Source: Nitrosopumilaceae archaeon
GTDB taxonomy: Archaea > Thermoproteota > Nitrososphaeria > Nitrososphaerales > Nitrosopumilaceae
Assembly (NCBI GenBank): GCA_965214835.1
Contig: CBDCCK010000002.1
Coordinates: forward strand, 1,440,001 to 1,504,000
Reading direction: 5' to 3'
Length of the DNA: 64,000 bases
Position 1 is the first letter of the stretch, and each line of letters begins with the position of its first letter. The translations under genes and the position numbers were made by a program. Below, one piece after another: positions 22,088 through 32,331 of this stretch. The notes below the pieces were generated by a model. That model saw only the letters and a list, made by a program, of their open reading frames with translations, was not told where the DNA came from and searched no databases.

Positions 22088-24373
22088 ATGTTTGCGCACA
22101 AGCCTGTGAAGACACAGACAACGCCGGATCTTGTCTCTTCGGCCTACAAGAGGATCGAGGAGGGGTCTGCCTGCTACAGAAAGGCGGTAGGACGTCCGCT
22201 GACGCTGGCCGAGAAGATCCTCTCCGGCCACCTGCTTGAGGTGCCCGGCGGCAGCCTGGACGGGGGTACAAACTATGTGCTGCTGAGGCCCGACAGGGTC
22301 GCACTGCAGGACGTTACCGGGCAGATGGTAATGCTCCAGTTCATGCTTGCCGGCCTTAGACAGACCACCCTGCCGACCACCGTCCACTGCGACCACCTCA
22401 TCCGGGCCCGGGTGGAGGGCGAGGCCGACATGAAGGCATCGCTGGATGAGAACAGCGAGGTCTTTAGGTTCCTACAGTCCGCCGCCAGCAAGTACGGCGT
22501 GGGATTCTGGAAGCCGGGCGCCGGAATCATCCACCAGGTAGTCCTGGAGAACTATGCGTTCCCTGGCGGGCTGATGATCGGTACCGACTCTCACACCCCT
22601 AATGCCGGGGGTCTTGGAATGCTGGCCATCGGAGTCGGCGGCGTCGATGCTGCAGAAACCATGGCCGGAATGCCCTGGGAGGTGCTGTACCCGAAAAGAA
22701 TCGGCGTCAGGCTTACCGGGAGGCTAGGCGGCTGGACGGCACCCAAGGATGTCATCCTCAAGGTGGCCGAGCAGCTGACCGTCTCCGGCGGAACCAACTC
22801 CATCGTGGAATACTTTGGACCCGGGGCAGAGTCCATCAGCTGCACCGGCAAGGCGACCATAACCAACATGGGCGCAGAAATCGGCGCGACATGCTCGGTG
22901 TTTCCATATGATAAAAGAATGGAGGCCTACCTCGATGGAACCGAGCGCAGACGCATTGCGGAGCTGGCAAACCAAAACAGGCATCTCCTGGCAGCCGATC
23001 CGGAGGTGGAGCAAAACCCGGAGCGGTTCTACGACCGGGTGATCGAGATCGACCTATCGGCACTGGAGCCCCACATAGTGGGGCCTCACACCCCTGATCT
23101 TGCACGCCCGATATCCAGGCTAGAGTCCGACGTAGAGTCCCGGGGATATGTCAGTGAGATCTCCGTGGCGCTGATTGGAAGCTGCACCAACTCCTCGTAC
23201 GAGGACATGTCCCGTGCAGCCAGCCTGGCCGAGCAGGCAAAGGCCATGGGCATAAGGTCAAAAGTCCCCCTGCTGGTCACCCCAGGCTCCGAGCAGATCA
23301 GGGGCACGATCGAGCGCGACGGACAGATGCAGTCCCTGGTGGACATAGGCGCCACCGTGCTGGCAAACGCGTGCGGCCCCTGCATCGGCCAGTGGAGCAG
23401 GCCGGAGCTCAAGGAGGGGCAGCCCAACACCATTGTAACCTCGTTTAACAGGAACTTTCCGGGAAGAAACGACGGCCAGAGGCAGACCCTGAACTTTATC
23501 GGCAGCCCCGAGATGATAATCGCCCTGGCACTGGGAGGAAGCCTCTCGTTTAACCCGATGACTGACGAGCTTGCCGCCGCAGACGGGACGAGGTTCAGGC
23601 TTGATCCGCCGGGGCCCGCCCCGGAGGTTCCAGCCGGCGGATTCAAAAGGCCGCAGGGGGTATTCGTGCCGCCCTCCCCCGATCCGGACTCCGTTGAGGT
23701 GGTAATCGATCCGGCAAGCAGGCGCCTGCAGAGGCTCGAGCCGTTTCCGGCGTGGGACGGCGGGGATCTCGTTGACCTGCCTCTGATGGCAAAGGCCAGG
23801 GGAAAGTGCACGACCGATCACATCTCTCCTGCCGGCGCGTGGCTGTCGTTTCGGGGCCACCTGGACAATCTCAGCGACAACATGCTGCTGGGCGCCGTCA
23901 ACGCCTTTTCCGGTGAGGTCGGCAGGGGGACAAACATCCTGAGTGGCAGGGTAGAGCCGTTCCCTCAGATTGCAAGGCAGTACAAGCAAAGCAGCATCAG
24001 GTGGGTCATCGTCGGCGATGACAACTATGGGGAGGGAAGCAGCAGGGAGCACGCCGCAATGACGCCGCGGTATCTCAACTGTGCGGCAGTAATCACAAAG
24101 GGCTTTGCCCGAATCCACGAGACCAACCTCAAAAAGCAGGGCGTCCTTGCCCTGACCTTTGCGAACCCCGGCGACTATGACAGGATCCGGGAGTCTGACA
24201 GGATCAGCCTTGTCGGCCTGCAGGGACTTGCGCCGGCAAGGCCAGTCAGGTGCGTTGTAGCCCATGCCGACGGGGACCGGGAGGAGATCCCGCTGAGGCA
24301 CTCCTATAGCGCGGCCCAGCTTGAGTGGTTCAGGGCAGGCTCGGCACTCAACGTCCTGAGAAACAAGCAATAG
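22088..24373 (+). CDS. acnA: Aconitate hydratase
   Basis: RVALQD, HCDH, DSHTPN, IGSCTNSSYED, CGPCIG, TTDHISPAG and NYGEGSSREHAA motifs. Confidence 0.96.
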   Translation: MFAHKPVKTQTTPDLVSSAYKRIEEGSACYRKAVGRPLTLAEKILSGHLLEVPGGSLDGGTNYVLLRPDRVALQDVTGQMVMLQFMLAGLRQTTLPTTVHCDHLIRARVEGEADMKASLDENSEVFRFLQSAASKYGVGFWKPGAGIIHQVVLENYAFPGGLMIGTDSHTPNAGGLGMLAIGVGGVDAAETMAGMPWEVLYPKRIGVRLTGRLGGWTAPKDVILKVAEQLTVSGGTNSIVEYFGPGAESISCTGKATITNMGAEIGATCSVFPYDKRMEAYLDGTERRRIAELANQNRHLLAADPEVEQNPERFYDRVIEIDLSALEPHIVGPHTPDLARPISRLESDVESRGYVSEISVALIGSCTNSSYEDMSRAASLAEQAKAMGIRSKVPLLVTPGSEQIRGTIERDGQMQSLVDIGATVLANACGPCIGQWSRPELKEGQPNTIVTSFNRNFPGRNDGQRQTLNFIGSPEMIIALALGGSLSFNPMTDELAAADGTRFRLDPPGPAPEVPAGGFKRPQGVFVPPSPDPDSVEVVIDPASRRLQRLEPFPAWDGGDLVDLPLMAKARGKCTTDHISPAGAWLSFRGHLDNLSDNMLLGAVNAFSGEVGRGTNILSGRVEPFPQIARQYKQSSIRWVIVGDDNYGEGSSREHAAMTPRYLNCAAVITKGFARIHETNLKKQGVLALTFANPGDYDRIRESDRISLVGLQGLAPARPVRCVVAHADGDREEIPLRHSYSAAQLEWFRAGSALNVLRNKQ

Positions 24374-24376
24374 ACG

Positions 24377-24531
24377 TGGGGCCGACCGGAATCGAACCGG
24401 CGACCTACGGGTCACTACAGCTCCAAACTCACATCATCTTTTCCATCAGCAGTTTGAATTCTAACCTCTGGAGCCCTTAGCGGTGATCTCTGCGTAGACA
24501 CTGTCGCCCTACCAGGCTAGGCTACGACCCC
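24377..24531 (-). tRNA. tRNA-Trp(CCA) with two introns (24477-24502 at 28/29; 24413-24467 at 37/38)
   Basis: Removing both introns gives a 74-nt cloverleaf with an ACGGG-CTCCAGA-CCCGT anticodon arm and GTTCGATTC T-loop; intron 1 forms a bulge-helix-bulge. Confidence 0.9.
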
Positions 24532-24577
24532 ACGTATTACTGGCAGGCGTACCTGAATTTTAAGTTATATTTGCAGG

Positions 24578-24700
24578 CCAGTCTTCCTAGAAGTAACCGA
24601 CTCACGGCGGTGCAGTAGGTGACATGCGGATCTGCAGGCAGTCTCATTTGAATTGTTTCGAGCCGGGGATGATTTGATGCGGTACTTCTGGGAAGACTGG
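24578..24700. mobile_element. ISH3-related MITE (~122 bp)
   Basis: CCAGTCTTCCTAGAAGTA / TACTTCTGGGAAGACTGG inverted repeats resembling the ISH3 TIR; direct repeat CAGG on both flanks. Confidence 0.65.
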
Positions 24701-25059
24701 CAGGCAGTCAAAACCGTGCCTGAACCCCTCTGAGGCCACCAGGGCATGTTGCAAGGATTTCGGCATCCGGTATTGGCGGGCCTGGGCGCAAGAACCTGAA
24801 AAAAGGCTAGGGTCTAGTCGTCATCGGCAAGATCATCTAAAAGCTTGGAGTATTTCTCCATAATCTCTTCGGTGATTTTCTTATCTTCGGGACTCGTGTT
24901 TTTTCATTCTCTGGGAAATATAAAAAGACAACCGTTCCATGACTTCTTGATTCAGGGTAAACACTTGATCCTTGATTCTTCTTAGGTAATAGGTTAGCCC
25001 CTGCCTAGTTGATTTTTTCTGACCACCTGATCTATAAACTATCATTACCCGGGAAATAC

Positions 25060-26817
25060 ATGCCTACAGCCTCGGAATTCAAGGAACTATGCAATGAGCT
25101 TGCCCGCGAAAAAGCGGAACTTCAGAAGGAGCAGAAGGAACATCAGAGGACGCAAGGCAAGCTTCAGAAGGAGCAGAAGGAACATCAGAGGACGCAAGGC
25201 AAGCTTCAGAAGGAGCAGAAGGAACATCAGAGGACGCAAGGCAAGCTTCAGAAGGAGCAGAAGGAACATCAGAGGACGCAAGGCAAGCTTCAGAAGGAGC
25301 AGAAGGAACATCAGAGGACGCAAGGCAAGCTTCAGAAGGAGCAGAAGGAACATCAGAGGACGCAAGGCAAGCTTCAGAAGGAGCAGAAGGAACATCAGAG
25401 GACGCAAGGCAAGCTTCAGAAGGAGCAGAAGGAACATCAGAGGACACGGGAGGAGCTTGCCGCTGAGAAGGCGGGACGCAAATCTGACAATGCCGTCTCT
25501 GCCGCGCAAATCGCGACGCAGACAGCACAAATCAAGCAGTTCAAACAACGCATCACATATTATGAGAACCCGCACAGCCCCTCCTCGCAGAACTCGATTC
25601 CGACCAGGCAGAAAAAGGCAGCAGCCGCGGCAGGGGCATCTGGAAGGGCACCTACAAGGCCGGGCCGCAGGCCCGGACACGAGGGCATATCACACAGGAG
25701 AACACCGACCCGGGAAATGAGCCACGTGCCTGACATGTGCGGCGCGTGCAACGGGCGCGACCTGACAGATCCGGTTCCCGCCGGAACTAGGATGGCTACT
25801 GACATTCCAGAGATCCCAGAGCCGGTCACGACACAGCACTACTTTACCCGCCGCAAGTGCCGCAAGTGCGGCGCCATCACCACGACAAACGGGGGCGGGC
25901 TGGTCGTTCCGGGCACCGAGTTTGGACCCAACATTGCCTCCTATATCGGCACCCTGTACACCATGCCGGCATCCGTCGGCTCGATCAGGCGCATCGTAAA
26001 GGAGATCTTTAAAATTGATGTAAGCAAGGCGATGATACAGAACTGCCTCAAGACCGTTACAAAGAAGCTTGATCCGTGCGTGGAGGACATCAAAAAAGAC
26101 ATTGCAGGATGCGACCACGTCCACATGGACGAGACGGGGATGCCATACGACGGCAAGAGCGGCTACATGTGGGTGGCAGTGGGCGTCAAGGACGGCAATG
26201 CCGTCGGCGCGCACATGGTGGCAACTGACAGCAGGAGGGCATCCGTACTGGATGAGCACTTTTCATACGTGCCCAGAGTCGGGGTGACTGACGGATACCC
26301 CGGATACGACAAGTTCTTTGGCAGGAACAGGCAGCGGTGCTGGGCCCACATAATCCGGGAGGCAGACGCCCAAAGCGAGAAAACGGACTCCCCGGAGGTT
26401 CGCGCCGCAGGCGAGCGCCTCAAGTGGCAGATGCATTGCGCCAAGGGGCCGGGGCCGCCGGAGGAGGCTGCCAGGCAGCACGACAGTCGGGTGGCAGAAA
26501 CACGCGAGATTGCCGCCACATACAGGAAGGAAGGATGTGACAGCTGTGCCACAAAGATTGACAACGCCTCGGAGTTTCTCTACACGTTTACGACGCGTCC
26601 TGGGATGGATCCCACCAACAACCTGGCAGAGCGCACGCTGAGGCCCGGCGTGATCGCGCGCAAGATACGGTTCGGACTGCGGACAAAAGACGGACAGAAG
26701 ATGTTCGGTAACATGTTGACGTGCATCGAGACATGGCGCCTCCGGGGGTGCAACGTTACGGACATGATCAGGGACGCGCTGGTCAGAAACCCCGGGTACG
26801 TGGTCGTCTGCCCCTAG
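25060..26817 (+). CDS. IS66-family transposase with expanded coiled-coil repeat
   Basis: CxxC zinc motifs, HMDETG, TDGYPGY, QRCWAH and TNNLAERTLR. Confidence 0.92.
   Translation: MPTASEFKELCNELAREKAELQKEQKEHQRTQGKLQKEQKEHQRTQGKLQKEQKEHQRTQGKLQKEQKEHQRTQGKLQKEQKEHQRTQGKLQKEQKEHQRTQGKLQKEQKEHQRTQGKLQKEQKEHQRTREELAAEKAGRKSDNAVSAAQIATQTAQIKQFKQRITYYENPHSPSSQNSIPTRQKKAAAAAGASGRAPTRPGRRPGHEGISHRRTPTREMSHVPDMCGACNGRDLTDPVPAGTRMATDIPEIPEPVTTQHYFTRRKCRKCGAITTTNGGGLVVPGTEFGPNIASYIGTLYTMPASVGSIRRIVKEIFKIDVSKAMIQNCLKTVTKKLDPCVEDIKKDIAGCDHVHMDETGMPYDGKSGYMWVAVGVKDGNAVGAHMVATDSRRASVLDEHFSYVPRVGVTDGYPGYDKFFGRNRQRCWAHIIREADAQSEKTDSPEVRAAGERLKWQMHCAKGPGPPEEAARQHDSRVAETREIAATYRKEGCDSCATKIDNASEFLYTFTTRPGMDPTNNLAERTLRPGVIARKIRFGLRTKDGQKMFGNMLTCIETWRLRGCNVTDMIRDALVRNPGYVVVCP
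25120..25445 (+). repeat. 42-bp tandem repeat x7.8 (LQKEQKEHQRTQGK)
   Basis: Identical in-frame units. Confidence 0.97.
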
Positions 26818-26917
26818 CAATCCTGCACTAATCTGCCTGCAGTTGTGATTTTCATGCCTGAAAAGACGGTGGGTGTGACTTTAACTCTAGGCAGGGGCTA
26901 ACCTATTACCTTCTTAG

Positions 26918-27243
26918 CATTCGCCTTGACTCCAGGTTCTCTTCTTCCGGATCAATGCAAGTCATATCCGTTGTCGCGCAAAAACTTTTCTGCTGCGACA
27001 ATTCCGGCCCTTCTATTGCCGTCCATGAACGACTGCTTCAAGGCAGCTGCACCCATGACGTGGGCGGCTATTTCAAGCAGGTCCTGCCCCCTGTCTCCGG
27101 AATTGCCGGCGCCATTTATCATCGAGTACCTCGTCCATGTTTTTTTTGGATGACTTTGATACGGGCTTGCCGGTTCTTTTCCTCTCTCTTAGAACCCACT
27201 CGTTAACCTCAGTCAGGTACTGCTCGTGAACCTTCATCACCAT
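26918..27243 (-). pseudogene. Fic/Doc-family toxin pseudogene (3' part continues below 24977)
   Basis: LLEIAAHVMGAAALKQSFMDGNRRAGIVAAEKFLRDNGYDL matches a Doc-like FxDGNxR motif; frameshifted and split by IS66. Confidence 0.65.
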
Positions 27244-27465
27244 ACCATCTGAGACCAGCGGTATTTTCCCTTGATGGCTGGATTTAAGGCCTGACTGCCT
27301 GGCCGAAGACGTGCCGCTGTTCCGCATGGCCGCCGCTTCATGTAGCCCTGGCATGCAGAGCCGCATGCGCGCAGGATCACCGATGGAGGCGCGGCCCGAG
27401 GCGGGCTTAATACACGCCCGTCCATAGATGGCTAGCTTTATTTGCCAAAGAGCCGGACTTGTACC

Positions 27466-27999
27466 ATGGTCAGGCCAGTCATCCTGGGATTAGCGGCGGT
27501 TCCAGCTATTGTTGCAGCGGTGATTGCAGTCCCGATGCTGACGCAGACAGAAATCCCATTTAGCGCCGCCAATCCAAACGACCGGCTGGAGCTGGAATAC
27601 ACAAAGCATCAGATAAGGACGGTCTCCTTTGGCCTCACAGAGCGCGTGGGCTCTGAGAAAAGCGAGATCCTAAAGGTAGGGCAGGACGGGGATGCGACCT
27701 ATGTCGTAATAGAGTCGGGTCAGAGCCTGCCTGAAAAAAAATTCAGGCTTGACGGCGAGCAGATGCTCCGGCTGACGGCGCTGATAAAGGAGACGGGAAT
27801 AGTGTCGATTCCGACCGAGTCCTTCCCTGCCAGGGACGGGCAGACCGAGTATCAAAAGTCCACACTCAAAATCAACCTCAACGGGCAGCAAAAGCAGATC
27901 AACTGGCCTGATCAAAACGCCACCGACAGCTTTGTACCTCCCCTGATCACGCACCTCGAGGAAAAGCTCGACGAGATTGTGGATCTGGCCGGTGAATAG
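27466..27999 (+). CDS. Secreted or membrane-anchored hypothetical protein
   Basis: N-terminal hydrophobic helix, 177 aa. Confidence 0.7.
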   Translation: MVRPVILGLAAVPAIVAAVIAVPMLTQTEIPFSAANPNDRLELEYTKHQIRTVSFGLTERVGSEKSEILKVGQDGDATYVVIESGQSLPEKKFRLDGEQMLRLTALIKETGIVSIPTESFPARDGQTEYQKSTLKINLNGQQKQINWPDQNATDSFVPPLITHLEEKLDEIVDLAGE

Positions 28000-28030
28000 G
28001 TACAAATACGGAGCGGCCCCAGCTAACCCT

Positions 28031-28999
28031 ATGATTCCGCTGGCAGGTGAGAATACCGGGGCGGGGGGAATAGTCGACGACAGCCTGGACTCGGTCGCAA
28101 CGACCCGCGGAACCTCCACCCTGAAGAGGGGGTTTGCGCACATGCTCAAAAACGGAGTCGTCATGGACGTTACGACCGTCGAGCAGGCCAGGATTGCAGA
28201 GGAGGCAGGCGCCGTATCAGTCATGGTCCTAGACAAGCTGCCCTCCGATGTCAGAAAGGCAGGCGGGGTCGCAAGGACCGCAAGCATCAGGGTCATAGAG
28301 GAGATCAAGGACTCTGTCACCATACCTGTCATGGCAAAGTGCCGGATCGGCCACGTCTATGAGGCCCGCGTCCTGGAGGAGGCAGACGTCGACATGATCG
28401 ACGAGTCCGAGGTGCTGACGCCGGCAGACGAGTCCCGGCACATCTGGAAGTGGGACTTTACCGCCCCCTTTGTCAACGGCGCAAGGTCGCTAGGCGAGGC
28501 GCTGCGCAGGGTCGACGAGGGCGCCGCGATGATCAGGACAAAGGGCGAGCCCGGCACCGGAAACGTGGCAGAGGCCATCACCCACATCAAGAAGGTAAGA
28601 GACGGGCTCCGCGCCGTCGGGGCGGTGCACGACTCGGGGGACAGCCAGGAGCTGGTCAGGATGGCAAGGGAATTTCGCGTGTCCTACGGCCTGGTCGAGC
28701 AGACGGCCCGGGCCGGCAGGCTGCCCGTCGTCAACTTTGCCGCAGGCGGCATCGCCACCCCCGCAGATGCGGCATACCTGATGTCGCTGGGATGTGACGG
28801 GATCTTCGTAGGATCTGGAGTCTTTGCATCCGAGGACGCCGCCGAGCGCGCACGCGCAATCGTCCTGGCCGCGACCTTCTGGGACGAGCCGGACCGGGTA
28901 AGGGAGGCGCAAAGGATGATTGACGAGAGGCAGTCGATGCTGGGGCTGGATGTCAAGACGCTTGAGCTGCGCATGCAGGATCGGGGTGGCTCGGCGTGA
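28031..28999 (+). CDS. pdxS: Pyridoxal 5'-phosphate synthase lyase subunit
   Basis: [33 protein letters not shown] and [12 protein letters not shown]. Confidence 0.97.
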   Translation: MIPLAGENTGAGGIVDDSLDSVATTRGTSTLKRGFAHMLKNGVVMDVTTVEQARIAEEAGAVSVMVLDKLPSDVRKAGGVARTASIRVIEEIKDSVTIPVMAKCRIGHVYEARVLEEADVDMIDESEVLTPADESRHIWKWDFTAPFVNGARSLGEALRRVDEGAAMIRTKGEPGTGNVAEAITHIKKVRDGLRAVGAVHDSGDSQELVRMAREFRVSYGLVEQTARAGRLPVVNFAAGGIATPADAAYLMSLGCDGIFVGSGVFASEDAAERARAIVLAATFWDEPDRVREAQRMIDERQSMLGLDVKTLELRMQDRGGSA

Positions 29000-29622
29000 C
29001 CATGAGGCTCGGGGTCCTGGCAGTCCAGGGAGACGTTGCCGAAAACATCTCCTCGCTGGAGGATTCTGCAGGACAGCTGGGCCTGGAGGCCGACGTCAGC
29101 GCCGTAAAGACCCCCGGACAGATCGAGGGCCTAGACGGCCTCGTCATCCCGGGCGGGGAGAGCACCACGATGGGGCGGCTGTCCCTGGCCAACGGGGCCC
29201 TTGAGCAGATCAGGCAGAAGGTCGCCTCGGGCATGCCCGCGCTTGGAATCTGCGCCGGGATGGTGCTGCTTGCAGGCCGTGCAAGCGACAGGGTCGTGGG
29301 GAAGACCGGACAGCCGCTGCTTGAGCTCCTGGACATAGAGATTGAAAGAAACTCCTTTGGAAGGCAAAGGCAGTCCTTTGAGGCAGACGTCTCGATGAAT
29401 CCTATAGGGATACAGAGCTTTCGGGGGGTCTTCATCCGGGCACCTGCGATACTGTCTGCGGCGCCGGACGTCGAGCCGATTGCAAAGCTGAACGAGAAGA
29501 CAGTCGCAGTCAAAAGGGGGGGCATAATCGGGACGTCGTTTCATCCGGAGCTGACAGAGGATCTGGCAGTACACCGGTATTTTGTAGGCCTGGTCAGGGA
29601 CTCTGGGCAGCGGGCATGCTAG
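28996..29622 (+). CDS. pdxT: Pyridoxal 5'-phosphate synthase glutaminase subunit
   Basis: PGGESTT, GICAG, RNSFGRQ, FIRAP and FHPEL. Confidence 0.97.
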   Translation: MTMRLGVLAVQGDVAENISSLEDSAGQLGLEADVSAVKTPGQIEGLDGLVIPGGESTTMGRLSLANGALEQIRQKVASGMPALGICAGMVLLAGRASDRVVGKTGQPLLELLDIEIERNSFGRQRQSFEADVSMNPIGIQSFRGVFIRAPAILSAAPDVEPIAKLNEKTVAVKRGGIIGTSFHPELTEDLAVHRYFVGLVRDSGQRAC

Positions 29623-29990
29623 GGGGGATGCTGGCCGATCTGGCCGCCATTGACGACATTCTGTTCGTCATACGGGCAGACGGCGCCACCAGCGAGATCC
29701 GCAGCAACGGGCTGGGCGTCTGCGAGCGCGGGAAATACGTCAACGTCGGGGACAATGACGGGCCGTGCCACATGCACATAAGCCGGGAGCTGGTCAGGCG
29801 TGCGGAGTTTGCAGTAGAGCAGAGGCCCGGGCGGCTCAGCTTCTCCGTCAGGTTCTACGATGAGGGAGGCCGGCGCGTCCTGGCCGCGTTTTTTACCGGT
29901 ATGTACGGTGATGACGGGCAGCTGAGGCCCGGCCGGAAAAGGCTGTTCGATGATCTTCGTGCAAAGTACGGCAGTGCGGTGGCCTTTTAG
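29616..29990 (+). CDS. ChuX/HutX/HemS-like heme-carrier-fold protein
   Basis: CHMHI...FAVE...SFSVRFYD..G..VLAAF pattern. Confidence 0.6.
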   Translation: MLGGMLADLAAIDDILFVIRADGATSEIRSNGLGVCERGKYVNVGDNDGPCHMHISRELVRRAEFAVEQRPGRLSFSVRFYDEGGRRVLAAFFTGMYGDDGQLRPGRKRLFDDLRAKYGSAVAF

Positions 29991-30260
29991 TGCGTCACTG
30001 CACCGAATGGACGCCGGATCTTCCCGCCTTGCAGGCGGGCGCTTGCGGCGGGTCGCAGATCCGTAAAGCACCGCGATCCCGGCCGTGAGTTTCATGGGGC
30101 CGACAGGCTGCAAGCCGGATTTTGTGCGTGGGCAGGGGATCATAGGCGGCTTTACATCGCGCCGGGCACGAGCTCCGTGAGCCGTCTTGTGGCGGCCTGG
30201 CGACTTTTTCAGGGTTTTCTAGTGGGTTTTTTACAAAAATGATCTGAAACTAAATTAAAG

Positions 30261-30351
30261 GTATGTGGTCACGTCCCTTGCTAGCTAGGCACGAAAATCA
30301 CAATCATGCATCTAATTCGTGCCTGACTGATGGGGGTAGGTGACCTCGTAC
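30261..30351 (-). mobile_element. MITE-93 family copy
   Basis: Reverse orientation with 8-bp TSD AATTAAAG. Confidence 0.9.
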
Positions 30352-30392
30352 AATTAAAGAGTCTTTAATTATTTATCTGGTAGATAAAACCC

Positions 30393-31565
30393 ATGGTCAG
30401 ACAGAAGGTTGCAGCCAAAATAAATCCGGACGTGCTAAAATGGATAATTGACAGCAGTGGCTGGAGTAATCGCGAGATTGCAAAAAAACTAGAGGTTTCC
30501 CCCAAGACAATCCTGCAGTGGAGGTCGAAAAAACAGGCAATAGACATACACGTGCTTGAAAAACTGGCCGAATGCGCCAAAAGGCCGCTGGCGGTCTTCT
30601 TCTTGCCAAGACCTCCATCAGAGCCTCCACTGACCGACTTTCGAAGACTTGCCAGCAACAAGCCCGCCAAATTATCCCGGGAAACCATCCTGGCAATTCG
30701 AGTAGCAAGGTATCAGCAGTCCGTCGCCTACGATCTGCTAAAGCAGCAAAGGCTCTCCACTACCCCGAGGATCAAGTCGGTGATAAAAATCAGCGATGAT
30801 CCAGAGGCAGTAGCAGTTCAAGAAAGAAAACGACTTGGTTTTGACTCTGAGGACGGCCTGCTGGCTCCTGATGCAAGAGGCCACATCGGTAAAAGATACA
30901 GCAAGCTCAGGGCAGTATTGGAGTCTCTGAATATTTTCGTCTTCCAGGCTAGCTTTCCAGTAGATGAGGTGCGTGGCTTGACACTGTCTGATGCTTTACC
31001 TCGTGCAATAGTAATCAACTCTGCAGATGCATACCCTGCAAGAATCTTTTCACTCATGCATGAATATGGTCATATTCTGCTCAATGAAGGCGGGATTTGC
31101 GTACCCAAGTATGGGCAGACTAGTATGTCTGCAAGTAACCAAGAGCGAATTGAATCCTGGTGCAACAAGTTTGCAGCAGCAGTTCTAGTTCCTGCAGATA
31201 CGTTTCTTGACAGCTTCCATAAGCTAGATGGGAAACAAGGCAAACCCGAGTCAATAGTTGATGCGCTTTCTAGACAATTTCGAGTTAGCAAGCAAGTAAT
31301 CATCGTGCGTATAATAAAGTCATTTCCCAAACATCCTGATTTGCATTACTATGCAGGCGAGTTGAAATTACTACAGGTGCCTTCATCCCAAACAAGGGGT
31401 GGTGGCTTTGCCAGACCCGTCGACCTGTGTCTCAGCCGCAGGGGTAAAAAGTACATATCGCTGGTCCTGGACTCTCGGGAGAAGGAAATCATCAACACCA
31501 GTGATACAATTGATTATCTTGACCTAAAACTCAAGCATTTTGACGCCGTACAAGAACGACTGTAG
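30393..31565 (+). CDS. XRE-HTH / ImmA-IrrE (peptidase M78) fusion protein
   Basis: N-terminal HTH; RIFSLMHEYGH and ESWCNKFAAAVLVP. Confidence 0.9.
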   Translation: MVRQKVAAKINPDVLKWIIDSSGWSNREIAKKLEVSPKTILQWRSKKQAIDIHVLEKLAECAKRPLAVFFLPRPPSEPPLTDFRRLASNKPAKLSRETILAIRVARYQQSVAYDLLKQQRLSTTPRIKSVIKISDDPEAVAVQERKRLGFDSEDGLLAPDARGHIGKRYSKLRAVLESLNIFVFQASFPVDEVRGLTLSDALPRAIVINSADAYPARIFSLMHEYGHILLNEGGICVPKYGQTSMSASNQERIESWCNKFAAAVLVPADTFLDSFHKLDGKQGKPESIVDALSRQFRVSKQVIIVRIIKSFPKHPDLHYYAGELKLLQVPSSQTRGGGFARPVDLCLSRRGKKYISLVLDSREKEIINTSDTIDYLDLKLKHFDAVQERL

Positions 31566-31569
31566 AAAA

Positions 31570-32049
31570 ATGGTCTTTGTCTATGTGGTTGACACTAGCG
31601 CGCTTGTCGATGCCAGCATTCGATATCCTCAAGACACATTTCCAAATGTCTGGAAAAGGCTATCCGGCATAGTCACAGATGGCAGATTGATTTCCCCGTC
31701 TGAGGTTCCCAAGGAACTAGAAAAAAAAGACGATGACGTCCTGTCGTGGTGCAAGACCAATTCCAGGATGTTTGTGGACAACAACAACGAAATCGTGAAA
31801 CTTGTCGATGAGGTAATGTCTGAATTTAAGCAACTCGTTCCTGTAAATTCGGTTAATGCCGTCGCCGATCCATTCGTTGTTGCACTGGCCCGAGTAATCC
31901 AAGCCCAAAGTATCGATGATTCCACACCTGCTGTCATAACACATGAGAGCAGACGAAGCGACATCAAAATCCCTGCCGCCTGCACTCGTTACAACATTAC
32001 AGACATGACCCTGCTTGGAATGTTTAGCACTGAAGGCTGGCAATTTTAG
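31570..32049 (+). CDS. DUF4411-like PIN-domain protein
   Basis: VDTSAL, FPNVW, ADPFVVALA, ITHE and KIPAAC; immediately downstream of the XRE-peptidase. Confidence 0.85.
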   Translation: MVFVYVVDTSALVDASIRYPQDTFPNVWKRLSGIVTDGRLISPSEVPKELEKKDDDVLSWCKTNSRMFVDNNNEIVKLVDEVMSEFKQLVPVNSVNAVADPFVVALARVIQAQSIDDSTPAVITHESRRSDIKIPAACTRYNITDMTLLGMFSTEGWQF

Positions 32050-32331
32050 TCTAGAAAGACGCACATCTGCAAGGATTTTCTGCACTACACGAGCTTTGCG
32101 TATGTCGACGAGCAAAGGCCCTTGAGGCATCCCATGATCAGGTGCCCGTGCCGGCAGCAGATGGCCCTCGGAAATTCATGATTGCAAGCATGATTGTGGA
32201 TCCCCCCCGGCCTGCACCTGCGCATGCCGCCGGTTCCAATGGCCTTCCTTGGCAGGGGACAGGGAGACACAGAGAAGCGATCCGCAATTAAATTACGAAT
32301 GGCAGGTTGCAGTTGCCTTCTGCCGTGTCTC

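Larger units (their letters stand above)
24986..26909 (+). mobile_element. IS66-family element, single-ORF (ISBst12-like)
   Basis: Perfect 23-bp TIRs GTAATAGGTTAGCCCCTGCCTAG with 8-bp TSD CTTCTTAG. Confidence 0.93.

Noticed and set aside
25120-25445. Possible CRISPR array
   Set aside because: Contiguous identical units with no spacers, in frame within a transposase. No CRISPR array or cas gene was seen in the window.
30108-30126. ACAAAATCCGGCTTGC on the minus strand, resembling the RNase P RNA 3' motif
   Set aside because: No matching 5' GAGGAAAGTCC-like motif or plausible body was seen upstream.
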